Below are positions 46,354 through 56,071 of a stretch of DNA of 64,000 nucleotides, in pieces. Where the stretch lies: IMG/VR virus record IMGVR_UViG_3300017914_002346; one strand, given 5' to 3'. Made by a program: the position numbers and the translations under genes. This DNA is from a virus. Lineage: Duplodnaviria > Caudoviricetes. The notes below the pieces were generated by a model, which searched no databases, had not been told where the DNA came from, and saw only the letters and a list, made by a program, of their open reading frames with translations. Numbering within the stretch: the stretch's first letter is position 1; the number at the start of each line of letters is the position of its first letter.

Positions 46354-48369
46354 TTATGTGTGGTTAATATGCTGTCTAATCGCTTTTACGTTACCAGCAC
46401 CATTGGTAGGTGTCGCTCTTAGACGTACATTACCACCGCTAATGTCTGCATCAAGAGTAATAAACTCACTATCATGTGTAGACACTGTACCGTATTCTGT
46501 AATGTATGCGTTAGTATCATCATGAATAACAATTACTTCAGTTGCCATGTAAGATGAATCATTAGAGTCAGCGGAAATAAAGTATTTTACTGACCTGTAA
46601 TCACCTGTAGCAAATTCGTCTAATGTAAATGTAGCTTGTGAAGAGTAATCAGTATTTACATCATCAATTTTGCCTTCAATGTCAGTTCTTAACGCTTGAA
46701 TTGCTAACTCATCAGAGTCAAGTCTTGCTTCTACATCAGCACTTGTATTTTCTCCAATAATAGCTACAACTTGATCTGAGTCAAAACCAGCTTGAACTGT
46801 ACCTAAGTATTTTACAATACTAATGACATCATCAGAATCAGGTGGATCAACAAAAGTTACTGTAGAACCGTCCGTAGCTGTATAATCAGTTCCTGATGTT
46901 TGTAAGATACCGTTTAAGTAAACATGAATCTTATTAACTACATAGCTTAATGTTTGGCCATTATCATCAGCACCTGAGAAGTCAGAATCTTCATTATTAG
47001 CCGCAGTAAATGTAAATACACTTACTTGAATAGAAGTGTTACCACCTAAGTTATCAATTCTTGTATTAATAGTCTGTAACTGAGTTTCATCAGAGTCTAG
47101 TCTAGTCTGAATTGTTTCAATATCAGTACCTAAAGATTGAATCTTTGTTTCATCTGAGTCTGCTCTATTTTGTAGAGTAGTAATGTCACTAGAAAATGAT
47201 TCCTGCAATGCTTGGATAGCAGTGCTATCTGAGTCAGCATCAGCTCTTAATCTAGCAATTTCACTTGCATCACTATCTGCATCTCTTCTTAAATGACCAA
47301 TCTCGATAACATCAGAGTCAGCATTTGTTTCTAAGATATCGATACGACCTGCTAATGATTGAATAACTGCACTATCAGAATCAACATCTTCTCTTAAACC
47401 ATGTACTACAGCAAGATCAGAATCAGCCATTCCAGTGACGTTATTATTAATAAGATCAATAACATTATCAGAGTCTAATGTATTTTGAGTTACATACTTT
47501 ACAGTAACAAGATCTGAATCATTTGTTGGGTTATAATCTGCATAACCAACTGAGATTCTAGTAAAACCTGTAGAGTCACTATTACCACCTAATACAAGTT
47601 GATTAGGTTGTGTAGCTCTTGCACCATAACCTATAACACCTGAATAATCTAAGTCAGAGTCTACATCAGCGTCTCTACCAATTGCAATGTTACCTGTACT
47701 TAAACCAGCTGAACCTTGACCAATTGCAACAGACCATTGACCGGTTTTTGCGGAATCACCAATTGCCACTGATCTAGTATCAGATTGAGCGTTATTACCT
47801 AAGCTTACACTTGATACTTTACCTTGTGAATATCTACCAATAGCTATTGTATTACTATTATTAGCTACTGAGTTAGCACCAATTGCAATTGCACCAGAAG
47901 ATGTTGCTTTAGCCCGGGCTCCTGTACCATTATACTGGAAGAAACCATTACTTATACCCGAAGCACTTAAATCAGAATCGATATTATCTACTCTATTATC
48001 TAATAATTGAATAGCCGTTTCGTCTGAATCAAGAATATTATTAATTGTTTGGATGTCTGTAGTATGGCCACTTACTGTCTGGTTTAATGTGTCATGATCA
48101 GTTCTTAACTGCTGGATAATGGTTGAATCTGAGTCAGCATCTGATCTTAAAATGTCAATTTCACCCTGTAAAGACTGAATTACGGAACTATCACTATCAA
48201 TATCTTCTCTAAGAGCGGCAACAACAGCGAGATCAGAGTCGTTATTACCTACTTCTTTAACAATATTAATTACCGATTCTGAATCGAATACGGTAATGGT
48301 ACCACCTTTGTAGGTAATATCTCCGCCTACTTCTAGGCCGTTACGTACTTTAAAATCTCTAGTTGCCAT
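46354..48369 (-). CDS. Modular fibre protein (coiled coil, YadA-like head repeats)
   Basis: MATRDFKVRNGL start like 41749-46293, AIAIG repeats, about 19 DSD, C-terminal domain shared with 48402-49613. Confidence 0.7.
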   Translation of the reverse strand: MATRDFKVRNGLEVGGDITYKGGTITVFDSESVINIVKEVGNNDSDLAVVAALREDIDSDSSVIQSLQGEIDILRSDADSDSTIIQQLRTDHDTLNQTVSGHTTDIQTINNILDSDETAIQLLDNRVDNIDSDLSASGISNGFFQYNGTGARAKATSSGAIAIGANSVANNSNTIAIGRYSQGKVSSVSLGNNAQSDTRSVAIGDSAKTGQWSVAIGQGSAGLSTGNIAIGRDADVDSDLDYSGVIGYGARATQPNQLVLGGNSDSTGFTRISVGYADYNPTNDSDLVTVKYVTQNTLDSDNVIDLINNNVTGMADSDLAVVHGLREDVDSDSAVIQSLAGRIDILETNADSDVIEIGHLRRDADSDASEIARLRADADSDSTAIQALQESFSSDITTLQNRADSDETKIQSLGTDIETIQTRLDSDETQLQTINTRIDNLGGNTSIQVSVFTFTAANNEDSDFSGADDNGQTLSYVVNKIHVYLNGILQTSGTDYTATDGSTVTFVDPPDSDDVISIVKYLGTVQAGFDSDQVVAIIGENTSADVEARLDSDELAIQALRTDIEGKIDDVNTDYSSQATFTLDEFATGDYRSVKYFISADSNDSSYMATEVIVIHDDTNAYITEYGTVSTHDSEFITLDADISGGNVRLRATPTNGAGNVKAIRQHINHT

Positions 48370-48392
48370 TTTTAAACTCCAAAATTATACTT

Positions 48393-48400
48393 TATTTATT
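48393..48400 (-). promoter_or_regulatory. T4-type late promoter
   Basis: AATAAATA upstream of a GGAG RBS. Confidence 0.55.
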
Positions 48401-48401
48401 A

Positions 48402-49613
48402 TTAGTCAATTTGAGTCCTAATGAAGGACACATTTATATTAGCAAATTCAGGTGTTATAAGAAGTCTAACTTCTTCACCTGAAACATCTGCGTCAATAGT
48501 AAACAGATCACCACTTCCGGAATCTATTATTGAATATTCTGTAGCATATGCTACACTAGTATCATGATTAAGTAGAACTTCGCTCGACTGCCAGTCCGAA
48601 TCTTTTCTAGCAGATATCATATACTTTATAGTCTTATGTTCGTTTCTATCAAAAGTATCTAATACTTGATCTTCTGTTGTAGTAGTGAACGTAGCATCAT
48701 TAAGTCTGAAAGGTGTTCTGTTAATAACATAATCAGAATCTATATCATTCATCTCAGCTCTTAATTGAGCTATAGCTGCAGCATCACTATCCGCGGCTCT
48801 TTTGAGATCAGCAATAGCTACTGCATCGCTGTCTGCATCTTTTCTTAAATTAGCAATTTCAACTACATCTGAGTCTGCATTAGTAAGTAACAATTGTATA
48901 CGTACAGTTTCTGAATCTAGATCTAATCTAAGCTTATCTACTAGCTCTTGAATGTTTTGAATTTTAATTGAATCAGAATCAACGTCATTTCTAAGATCTG
49001 CAACTATTTGCAAATCTGAATCAGTCATTCCTGTACCAGAATTTTCGTTAATTATAGCAACAATCTGATCTGAATCAAAACCGCTAGAAGAACTTAAACC
49101 AAAGTTACCTACATACGTGTAGGCTGCAATATAAACTGAATTACCAGATATACCAGAAGGTAAATTATTACCAATAAAGTTTAGTACACCTGCTTGATAA
49201 TCAAAATACCATTCGTCATTGTTTCCAGAACCAGCAGCAAAAACTTGGTTTGATATATCAGCTGCATTGTCACTATCATTAGAAGTATGAATATAAACTT
49301 TAGCTTGATATGTTGAACCAAATTCAGGCGGTATCCAATCAGTTTTATTAGCTAACCAAGTTCTATTAGTAGTAGCTGTAGCATCCGCTTCTAGTTCCAA
49401 AACATTATAGTATCTAACTACACCAGTAGTTGAACCAGGAGCTGTTGCAGGAATATCAGCTGATTGTGCCCATAAAGTATCTGATCTTATTAAAAGAGGA
49501 GAGGCTATAGCTTCGTTTGTAGGACCTTTTTGATCACTAGTATCTGTTTTCGTAGCACCGAAAGCTAGTTTCTTAAACAGGAGGTCAATTTTTTGTGCGT
49601 CAGTAATAGCCAT
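48402..49613 (-). CDS. Virion structural protein with DSD coiled coil
   Basis: N-terminal globular domain (WIPPEFGSTY, WYFDYQAGVLNF), 14-aa DSD repeats, C-terminal KY.IS...SEV...HD...AY.TEY domain. Confidence 0.65.
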   Translation of the reverse strand: MAITDAQKIDLLFKKLAFGATKTDTSDQKGPTNEAIASPLLIRSDTLWAQSADIPATAPGSTTGVVRYYNVLELEADATATTNRTWLANKTDWIPPEFGSTYQAKVYIHTSNDSDNAADISNQVFAAGSGNNDEWYFDYQAGVLNFIGNNLPSGISGNSVYIAAYTYVGNFGLSSSSGFDSDQIVAIINENSGTGMTDSDLQIVADLRNDVDSDSIKIQNIQELVDKLRLDLDSETVRIQLLLTNADSDVVEIANLRKDADSDAVAIADLKRAADSDAAAIAQLRAEMNDIDSDYVINRTPFRLNDATFTTTTEDQVLDTFDRNEHKTIKYMISARKDSDWQSSEVLLNHDTSVAYATEYSIIDSGSGDLFTIDADVSGEEVRLLITPEFANINVSFIRTQID

Positions 49614-49614
49614 T

Positions 49615-52600
49615 TTATGTAATACTCAACCCTGTTATTGTATCTCCGGAATCTAAACCAATTCTAACTAAGATAATATTATTAGTAGCATTTGAAGATG
49701 AAATAGTTCCAAGTGTCATAGTTTTAGCTCCACTCAAAGCACCTGAACCTATTACATCACTACCTGTAGAAGCACAACCATCTGATCCATTACCACCATT
49801 ACCTGTATCGGAGCCTGGGACACCTGCACCTGCATACTGTGCTCCACAATTTAACCAACCATTTAACCCTGAAGCAGAATCAATAGTTGTTCCTGGTACT
49901 GCTATCCAAACACCAGCTACACCAGTACTAGATGTTATATTTAAGTTAAAATTACTTACTTGTGTTCTTCTAAAAGCAAAGGTAAAATACTGTGTACCTG
50001 TTAATCCTGATCTATCTGGTCCTTTAGGTAAGTAACCTGATGTAAAATCAGTTACATCATGTTTTAATGTACCCATTCTAATAATAGCTTCTTGACCTTC
50101 AGAATCTATATCCGCTGCTTGAGTTGATTCAGAATACACATTATTAGTGTAATGATTTATAGAGCTATTTACAGGAGGGTTATCTGAATCTGCTACATAG
50201 TCTAAAATTCTTACAGCATCGTCATCATAACCTGCGCCTAAACTATCACTTACTGCTACAGCTATCTCTGATATACCATATTGTGAAGACGTGTGCACTG
50301 CTATTTTATGTGAAGTAATATTAGTATAAGAACCAGAACCGTTTACATTAGTACCTCTAATTCTTAGATTGTCAACAACTCTAACATTAGAAGTGGTAAT
50401 AGGAACTGTTAAATCTCCTATTGCATATGCACTTGAAACACCAGTATCGGCTAATGGAATACCTCCAGATAAGAATGTGGTACTTCCATCAATGTTTGAA
50501 TATGTATAATCTCTATTAGAGATCGCATTACCAGAACCTTCTGCAGGAGAACCTGATTCAACTTCAATAGGATCTGAAATATTAGCGTAGGTTTGTCCAC
50601 TTATATTACTTACAGTAGTTCCGGATAATGTTAACTGTGGAGATCCTGAATTATAATAAGGAATACCAGAAATATATCTATAAGTACCAGCTGTTGATTC
50701 TGATAATGTACCTGTACTTGAAATTGATGGTGTTGAAGTCACATCATCATGAATAAAGTGCACAGTGTTAGTATCACCGGTTGCATCATGAGATAATTGA
50801 TAAGAATGTGAACCTGCACTTAAGCTAGACTTTGAAACTCTAGCTTTGAATACTTCATACTTATTAGGAGCATAAATGGACGAAGCAAACGATACAGTAG
50901 AACCAGAAGCGTTTATAGTATTAGCATCAATGTCTTCAGTAACTACTAATGATGTATAAGTACCTGAATCGTTTCCTGTAGTAAATGCTTTGGAACCATC
51001 AGTACTACCATCAACTTTCGCACTTAAAGTACCAGAAGCAGCATCGTGAGCATACGTTGATATTGTACTAGATGAAATTGTACCTGAACCTATTGTTCTA
51101 GTTACACTATCACCAGCATTAATTGTTGTACCACCTGATACGTTGTCTGTAAACCCTGAAGCAGCTCTTGGTGAAGTACCTGTTGAAGAAGGAGCGCTTA
51201 TAGTCTTAGTACTTAATCCATTAGGAGCAGCTATTTCAGAATCATACACTTTAATTAAAGAAGATGTACTTAAAGGAATAACTGATGGATTAGCAGTGCC
51301 ATGTGTTTGTAGAGTTAATTGTATAGTATGTCTTCCTGTGCCAGAATCAGTAGTGTAGGTATGAGATATTCTGTTACCATCTACACCACCATCTTCTGAA
51401 TTAGAAACTGAATCAGAATCACCATCACCCCATTCTATTTCAAACGTTGCAGTTTGACCTGTAGTATTTGTTGTAGTATTTTCAAACCAAATAGTCTGTT
51501 CTGTCTCTACACCAGTAGTTCCTAAATTAATAGAACTACCTCCTGATTCTTGTAAATAAATTGCAAATGAAGCAACAGGATCAGCACCGTATAATACAAT
51601 GTAATCGTTTCTTAAAGATTCAGCAAAAGAACCTGCTCCTCTGCCATTATTATTTCTTGCTACAACTCTTACACTAAATGGTGTGTTTGTATTATCATTA
51701 TACGTATGAGAAGGAGTTGAATCAGAAGTATCTGAATCTATAGTTTCACCTTCACCCCAATAGACATCGTATCTGTTAGGGTTCCCATCAGCATTAATAG
51801 TAAGAGTTACGTTCATACCTTCACCACCAGAAGTTTGGTTAGCGGTAAAACTTACATTAGTAACAGCTGTACTATTAAGTACATTATGCATAGCTTCGTT
51901 TAACTGATCAATAGCTGAAGTAACAGATGTATCAGAATCAAAAGTCTCAACAATGGCTCTAGGAGACTGGTATTCTGAATCATAGGCTTCTGTACCTAAA
52001 TAAATCTCTCTTGCATTAGTAGATCCTTCAGTAGTGTTTTCGTTTATAATAGCTACAATTTGATCTGAATCGAACCCTGTATTATCTGAGACATTTTCAT
52101 TAATAATATTTACAATACCATCAGAATCAAAACCTGTTGATCTGTTTGCAAAATCAGAGTCTAAATCTCTTCTAAGTATTCTAATCTGAGCTGATTCTGA
52201 ATCCAGATCATTACGTAATATAGATACAGTAGTTAAATCAGAATCTTCTAAGCCATTAAATAGAGCTATTTTATTATTGAATAATGCATAATCAGAGTCT
52301 ACAGATTCTCTTATAGCTTGTATTGTTACACTATCACTATCAGCATCTCTTCTTAACTCAGCAATTGCTGAAGCATCAGAATCAGCACCTGCTTCTAATA
52401 TACCTACTCTAGTAGATAAGTCTTGTATCTTAGTTTCATCTGAATCAAGTCTAATATTTGTAATATAGTTGTTTGCTTGAATAGCAGTTTCATCTGAGTC
52501 TAATCTATTAGTTAATGTTTGAATATCAAACTTTTGAGTTTGTAGATTGTTTTGAATTGCTTGTCCATCAGAATCTACATCAATTCTAAGAACAGTAATA

Positions 52601-54189
52601 GCAGATGCGTCAGAATCTAATCTTGTTAAGATGTCTTGAATTCTTAAAGTTTCACTATCTAGATCTCTACGTAATGCAGCAGTTGCAGCAACATCTGAAT
52701 CCATAGAAGACTGGTTTTCATTTATTATTGCAACAATTTGATCAGAATCAAAACCTTGAGCAGCACCGGAATCTGAATCAACATCGGCTCTAAGTGCTCT
52801 TATTTCAGCAATTTCAGAATCTAGATCAGAACGTAACTTTCTAATTTCAGTTGACTCAGAATCAATAGATGCTCTTAAGGCTGAAATAGCAAGTGAATCA
52901 GAATCACTAGCAGCTAACAATGTTTGAATTCTTAAAGTTTCAGAGTCAATATTAGAGAATAGTTTATTAATATTGGAACTTTGTACACCATTAGTTTGAA
53001 CTACTTGATCTATTCTTGTTCTTAAATCTTGTATAACTATTTCATCTGAATCTAATCTTGCATTTAAAGTACTGGCATCACCTAGCTCAACTTGAACAAC
53101 TCTATTATATAAATTTTTAATATCAGAATCATGTTTTTGAATTACTACAGAATCAGAATCTACATCAGCTCTTAGAGCTCTTATTTCAATAGACTCAGAA
53201 TCTAATCTATCAAATAACACTTCAATAGATGTTTCATCAGAATCTAATTCTGCTCTTAACAATCCTATCAAATTTGCATCATATTCAGCATTAGTTTTAC
53301 TATCCTGAATAGCTAAACTGTCGCTATCAGCATCTCTTCTTAACTGAGCAATTGCAATAGCATCAGAATCAGCATTTGATTCTAGTAACTGAATCCTATC
53401 TTCATGATCTCTAATAACTGTAGATTCTGAATCTAGATCATTTCTTAAAATGCTTAATGTTTCGTAATCAGAATCAGCTAGTTTAGCTCCGACAGCTTCT
53501 ATAGCATCAATCTGTGTTTGTAAACTTTGTAATTTTTGACCATCAGAATCAACTCTAGTGTTAAGAGCATTTATAGATTTTAATGTTGATTTAACTTTAA
53601 TACTATCAGATTCATGATCATTTCTTAAAATACTTAAAGTATTATAATCTGAATCTCTAAGCGGACCTGGGTTTTCATTTATTATAGTTACTATTTGATC
53701 TGAATCAAAACCTGCAACAGGAGCGTTTTCATCTATTATAGCAACGATTTGATCTGAATCAAAACCGGTATTATCTATCTGGTTTTCTAATACCATTGAT
53801 CTTATCTGATCAGAATCAAAACCAGTATTTTCATTTTCTCTAATGATAGTAACAATCTGATCACTATCAAAACCTGTATCATCTGTTAATCTATTTTCTT
53901 CTATTATAGATACAATTTGATCTGAGTCAAAAGAATTGACACCAGTACCAGAATTTTCATTAATAATATTAACAATTTGATCGCTATCAAAACCAGCGCT
54001 GCCCAAACTCTTTCTAACAGTATCAGTTACAGAATCTGAATCATAAATTCTGTCTTTTGCATTATTCGTATTGTTTGAGATATAATTTACAATATACTCT
54101 TCAACAGAAACTTGTGGGTCACCTACTTTTAATGAAGTGATACCGCTCAGTTCTCCTGTTCGGGCATTGTATCTAAATCTTTGTGGCAT
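49615..54189 (-). CDS. Large virion protein: DSD coiled coil, PKD-like domains, Ser/Thr/Gly-rich beta region
   Basis: Six tandem FDSDQI...EN repeats, ~500-aa heptad region, W(G)EG/WGDG...SHTY PKD motifs; about 35 DSD and 10 DSE. Confidence 0.7.
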   Translation of the reverse strand: MPQRFRYNARTGELSGITSLKVGDPQVSVEEYIVNYISNNTNNAKDRIYDSDSVTDTVRKSLGSAGFDSDQIVNIINENSGTGVNSFDSDQIVSIIEENRLTDDTGFDSDQIVTIIRENENTGFDSDQIRSMVLENQIDNTGFDSDQIVAIIDENAPVAGFDSDQIVTIINENPGPLRDSDYNTLSILRNDHESDSIKVKSTLKSINALNTRVDSDGQKLQSLQTQIDAIEAVGAKLADSDYETLSILRNDLDSESTVIRDHEDRIQLLESNADSDAIAIAQLRRDADSDSLAIQDSKTNAEYDANLIGLLRAELDSDETSIEVLFDRLDSESIEIRALRADVDSDSVVIQKHDSDIKNLYNRVVQVELGDASTLNARLDSDEIVIQDLRTRIDQVVQTNGVQSSNINKLFSNIDSETLRIQTLLAASDSDSLAISALRASIDSESTEIRKLRSDLDSEIAEIRALRADVDSDSGAAQGFDSDQIVAIINENQSSMDSDVAATAALRRDLDSETLRIQDILTRLDSDASAITVLRIDVDSDGQAIQNNLQTQKFDIQTLTNRLDSDETAIQANNYITNIRLDSDETKIQDLSTRVGILEAGADSDASAIAELRRDADSDSVTIQAIRESVDSDYALFNNKIALFNGLEDSDLTTVSILRNDLDSESAQIRILRRDLDSDFANRSTGFDSDGIVNIINENVSDNTGFDSDQIVAIINENTTEGSTNAREIYLGTEAYDSEYQSPRAIVETFDSDTSVTSAIDQLNEAMHNVLNSTAVTNVSFTANQTSGGEGMNVTLTINADGNPNRYDVYWGEGETIDSDTSDSTPSHTYNDNTNTPFSVRVVARNNNGRGAGSFAESLRNDYIVLYGADPVASFAIYLQESGGSSINLGTTGVETEQTIWFENTTTNTTGQTATFEIEWGDGDSDSVSNSEDGGVDGNRISHTYTTDSGTGRHTIQLTLQTHGTANPSVIPLSTSSLIKVYDSEIAAPNGLSTKTISAPSSTGTSPRAASGFTDNVSGGTTINAGDSVTRTIGSGTISSSTISTYAHDAASGTLSAKVDGSTDGSKAFTTGNDSGTYTSLVVTEDIDANTINASGSTVSFASSIYAPNKYEVFKARVSKSSLSAGSHSYQLSHDATGDTNTVHFIHDDVTSTPSISSTGTLSESTAGTYRYISGIPYYNSGSPQLTLSGTTVSNISGQTYANISDPIEVESGSPAEGSGNAISNRDYTYSNIDGSTTFLSGGIPLADTGVSSAYAIGDLTVPITTSNVRVVDNLRIRGTNVNGSGSYTNITSHKIAVHTSSQYGISEIAVAVSDSLGAGYDDDAVRILDYVADSDNPPVNSSINHYTNNVYSESTQAADIDSEGQEAIIRMGTLKHDVTDFTSGYLPKGPDRSGLTGTQYFTFAFRRTQVSNFNLNITSSTGVAGVWIAVPGTTIDSASGLNGWLNCGAQYAGAGVPGSDTGNGGNGSDGCASTGSDVIGSGALSGAKTMTLGTISSSNATNNIILVRIGLDSGDTITGLSIT

Positions 54190-54208
54190 GCATGACCTCT
54201 AGTTTTAG

Positions 54209-54216
54209 TATTTATT
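54209..54216 (-). promoter_or_regulatory. T4-type late promoter
   Basis: AATAAATA upstream of a GAGG RBS. Confidence 0.55.
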
Positions 54217-54217
54217 G

Positions 54218-56071
54218 TTATAAATTATCAACTCTGTAAACATCATCATACCAATTAGGAAGTTCTGGCTCTCTGTCATCAACCGGAACCCACATATCAC
54301 CTGAGTTATCAAATAGCCTTTCATTCATGATATCTATTGATTGAAAACCTAGAGGCATATCATCATCTTTTTCTTCTACCGCTTCTTGGTAGATTACTTT
54401 AGATGGATCTGTCTCTGTCATTTCCTTCCAATAATCAGAACCAACACACCAACCAAATAATACCATACACATTACTAAGTCATCATTTGTGCCGGGTTCA
54501 GCTGCAAAAGCTGAATTAACATTATCATTTTTTCTAGTAAACGTAGTCATTTCTACGTATATTTCATAATCTTCTGTTAGGAGTTTATCTGTTTCAATTA
54601 ACGATTTAAAATTTGAACAACCTTTAGTCTTAACTGAAGCACTAGTTGTTACACCTAATTTAGAACCCTGTCCTTCACCTAACACAAAACCTGCTCTACC
54701 CTTACTTACAGTCTTAAGAACATTATCATATTCCATATCAGCGAATAAACTATTAACTACTTGACCACCTACATCATTAGTTTCAACTAATATATGTGCG
54801 TTATTAAAATAAGCACCAATGTTAGATAAAAACTGAGGATAGATCATAGGTGTAACAGTATTAGATCTATACTTTGCTACTACTTTATATGGCATAGTAG
54901 TTACATCAAATACTATAAAAGCAGAGTAATCTAATCTTAAACCTCTCGCACAATCAACTGTTATAAGGTATCTATGATCTGCTTTTGGTTCTTCATAAAA
55001 ATCAACTTCATCTTTCTTTCTAATAGGGTTGATAAAAGACATATTAGATAGTTTAGATGGTGAAATTAACGTAGAAGCAGATCCTATAAACTGAGTTTCG
55101 AATTCTTGTCTAAATTGATCTTCAGATGTATTAGCAATTTGTTGTTGTTTCCAGTCATCATCTCTACCTGGAACATCCCACCAGTTAATCTCAATAGGTT
55201 TAAAATTAGATCTACCTTCTTGTGCTTCCATCCACATTTTATAAAAATGATTCATACCTTTAGGAGTAGACACTACAATCATTTTTGTATCTGCGCCAGA
55301 TGAAATTGTAGGATAAACTGATCTAAAAAAGTCTTCAGCATCATGAGGCGGAACAAATGCAAACTCATCTAGAAAGATTAGAGAGAAAGACATGCCTCGA
55401 GCAGCTGACCCTGAACTTGATGTAGCAATAACTCTGCTTGCATTTTCTAAACTAATAGACCTTTTATTATATGTGTCAACACCTTGCTGTAACCAAAACG
55501 GTAAACTCTCATATGCTAATTGTAATCGTCCTAATAACTCTTGAGCAAGTTCACCTTTGTTAGCTAGAATACCTACATTCTTACCTGGGTTAAAAAGTAT
55601 ATACCAAAGAATAAAAGCAACACTAGTAGTAGATTTACCACACTGTCTTGGTAACTTGCAAATACTAAATCTATTATCTTTGAAACTATTAACCATTCCT
55701 TTTTGAAAATCATATAAGGTGAAAGGAATAGTACCAAAATCAACTGACATAATTCTTACATATGTCTCAGCAAAGTATATTGGATCTTCCATACACTTTT
55801 TATATTCTCTTAATTGTTCAGGTGTATACTCTAAGTTAGCATGTGGTGCTTTTACATTAGGATTGCCTAAGTAGTGAGGAGCATTTGTCGGATTAAGTTC
55901 AAATAATTCAGGGTGAGTTAATTCTGTAGGAGCATCTTGATAAGTTCTTTGTTCAGATAACCAACCTAGTAAGTCTTTCTTAGACTTAACTAATACATCA
56001 CCAAAGCTCTTCCAATTCTGATGTGTATTAGAATTATAATCTTTTTTTAAAACTACGTTATATTCGCTCAT
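54218..56071 (-). CDS. gp17: Terminase large subunit
   Basis: YLGNPN, LPRQCGKSTT, ILANK, FLDEFAFVP, STPKGMNHFY, F.QEF, DYSAF, DDLVM. Confidence 0.97.
   Translation of the reverse strand: MSEYNVVLKKDYNSNTHQNWKSFGDVLVKSKKDLLGWLSEQRTYQDAPTELTHPELFELNPTNAPHYLGNPNVKAPHANLEYTPEQLREYKKCMEDPIYFAETYVRIMSVDFGTIPFTLYDFQKGMVNSFKDNRFSICKLPRQCGKSTTSVAFILWYILFNPGKNVGILANKGELAQELLGRLQLAYESLPFWLQQGVDTYNKRSISLENASRVIATSSSGSAARGMSFSLIFLDEFAFVPPHDAEDFFRSVYPTISSGADTKMIVVSTPKGMNHFYKMWMEAQEGRSNFKPIEINWWDVPGRDDDWKQQQIANTSEDQFRQEFETQFIGSASTLISPSKLSNMSFINPIRKKDEVDFYEEPKADHRYLITVDCARGLRLDYSAFIVFDVTTMPYKVVAKYRSNTVTPMIYPQFLSNIGAYFNNAHILVETNDVGGQVVNSLFADMEYDNVLKTVSKGRAGFVLGEGQGSKLGVTTSASVKTKGCSNFKSLIETDKLLTEDYEIYVEMTTFTRKNDNVNSAFAAEPGTNDDLVMCMVLFGWCVGSDYWKEMTETDPSKVIYQEAVEEKDDDMPLGFQSIDIMNERLFDNSGDMWVPVDDREPELPNWYDDVYRVDNL

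Noticed and set aside
53680-54000. CRISPR-like array of regularly spaced repeats
   Set aside because: Repeats are degenerate at third codon positions and lie in frame inside a 1524-aa ORF; no cas genes
28308-54189. High density of GANTC (CcrM/HinfI) sites as a DNA-level explanation for the DSD repeats
   Set aside because: GAY-TCN makes GANTC automatically, but many copies use GAT-AGT-GAT, which has no site, and the signal stays in one reading frame and follows protein structure
14539-56071. Inteins, introns or homing endonucleases in gp17, gp20, gp46 or uvsW
   Set aside because: Lengths are ordinary and motifs are contiguous; the gp13 insertion lacks intein splice residues
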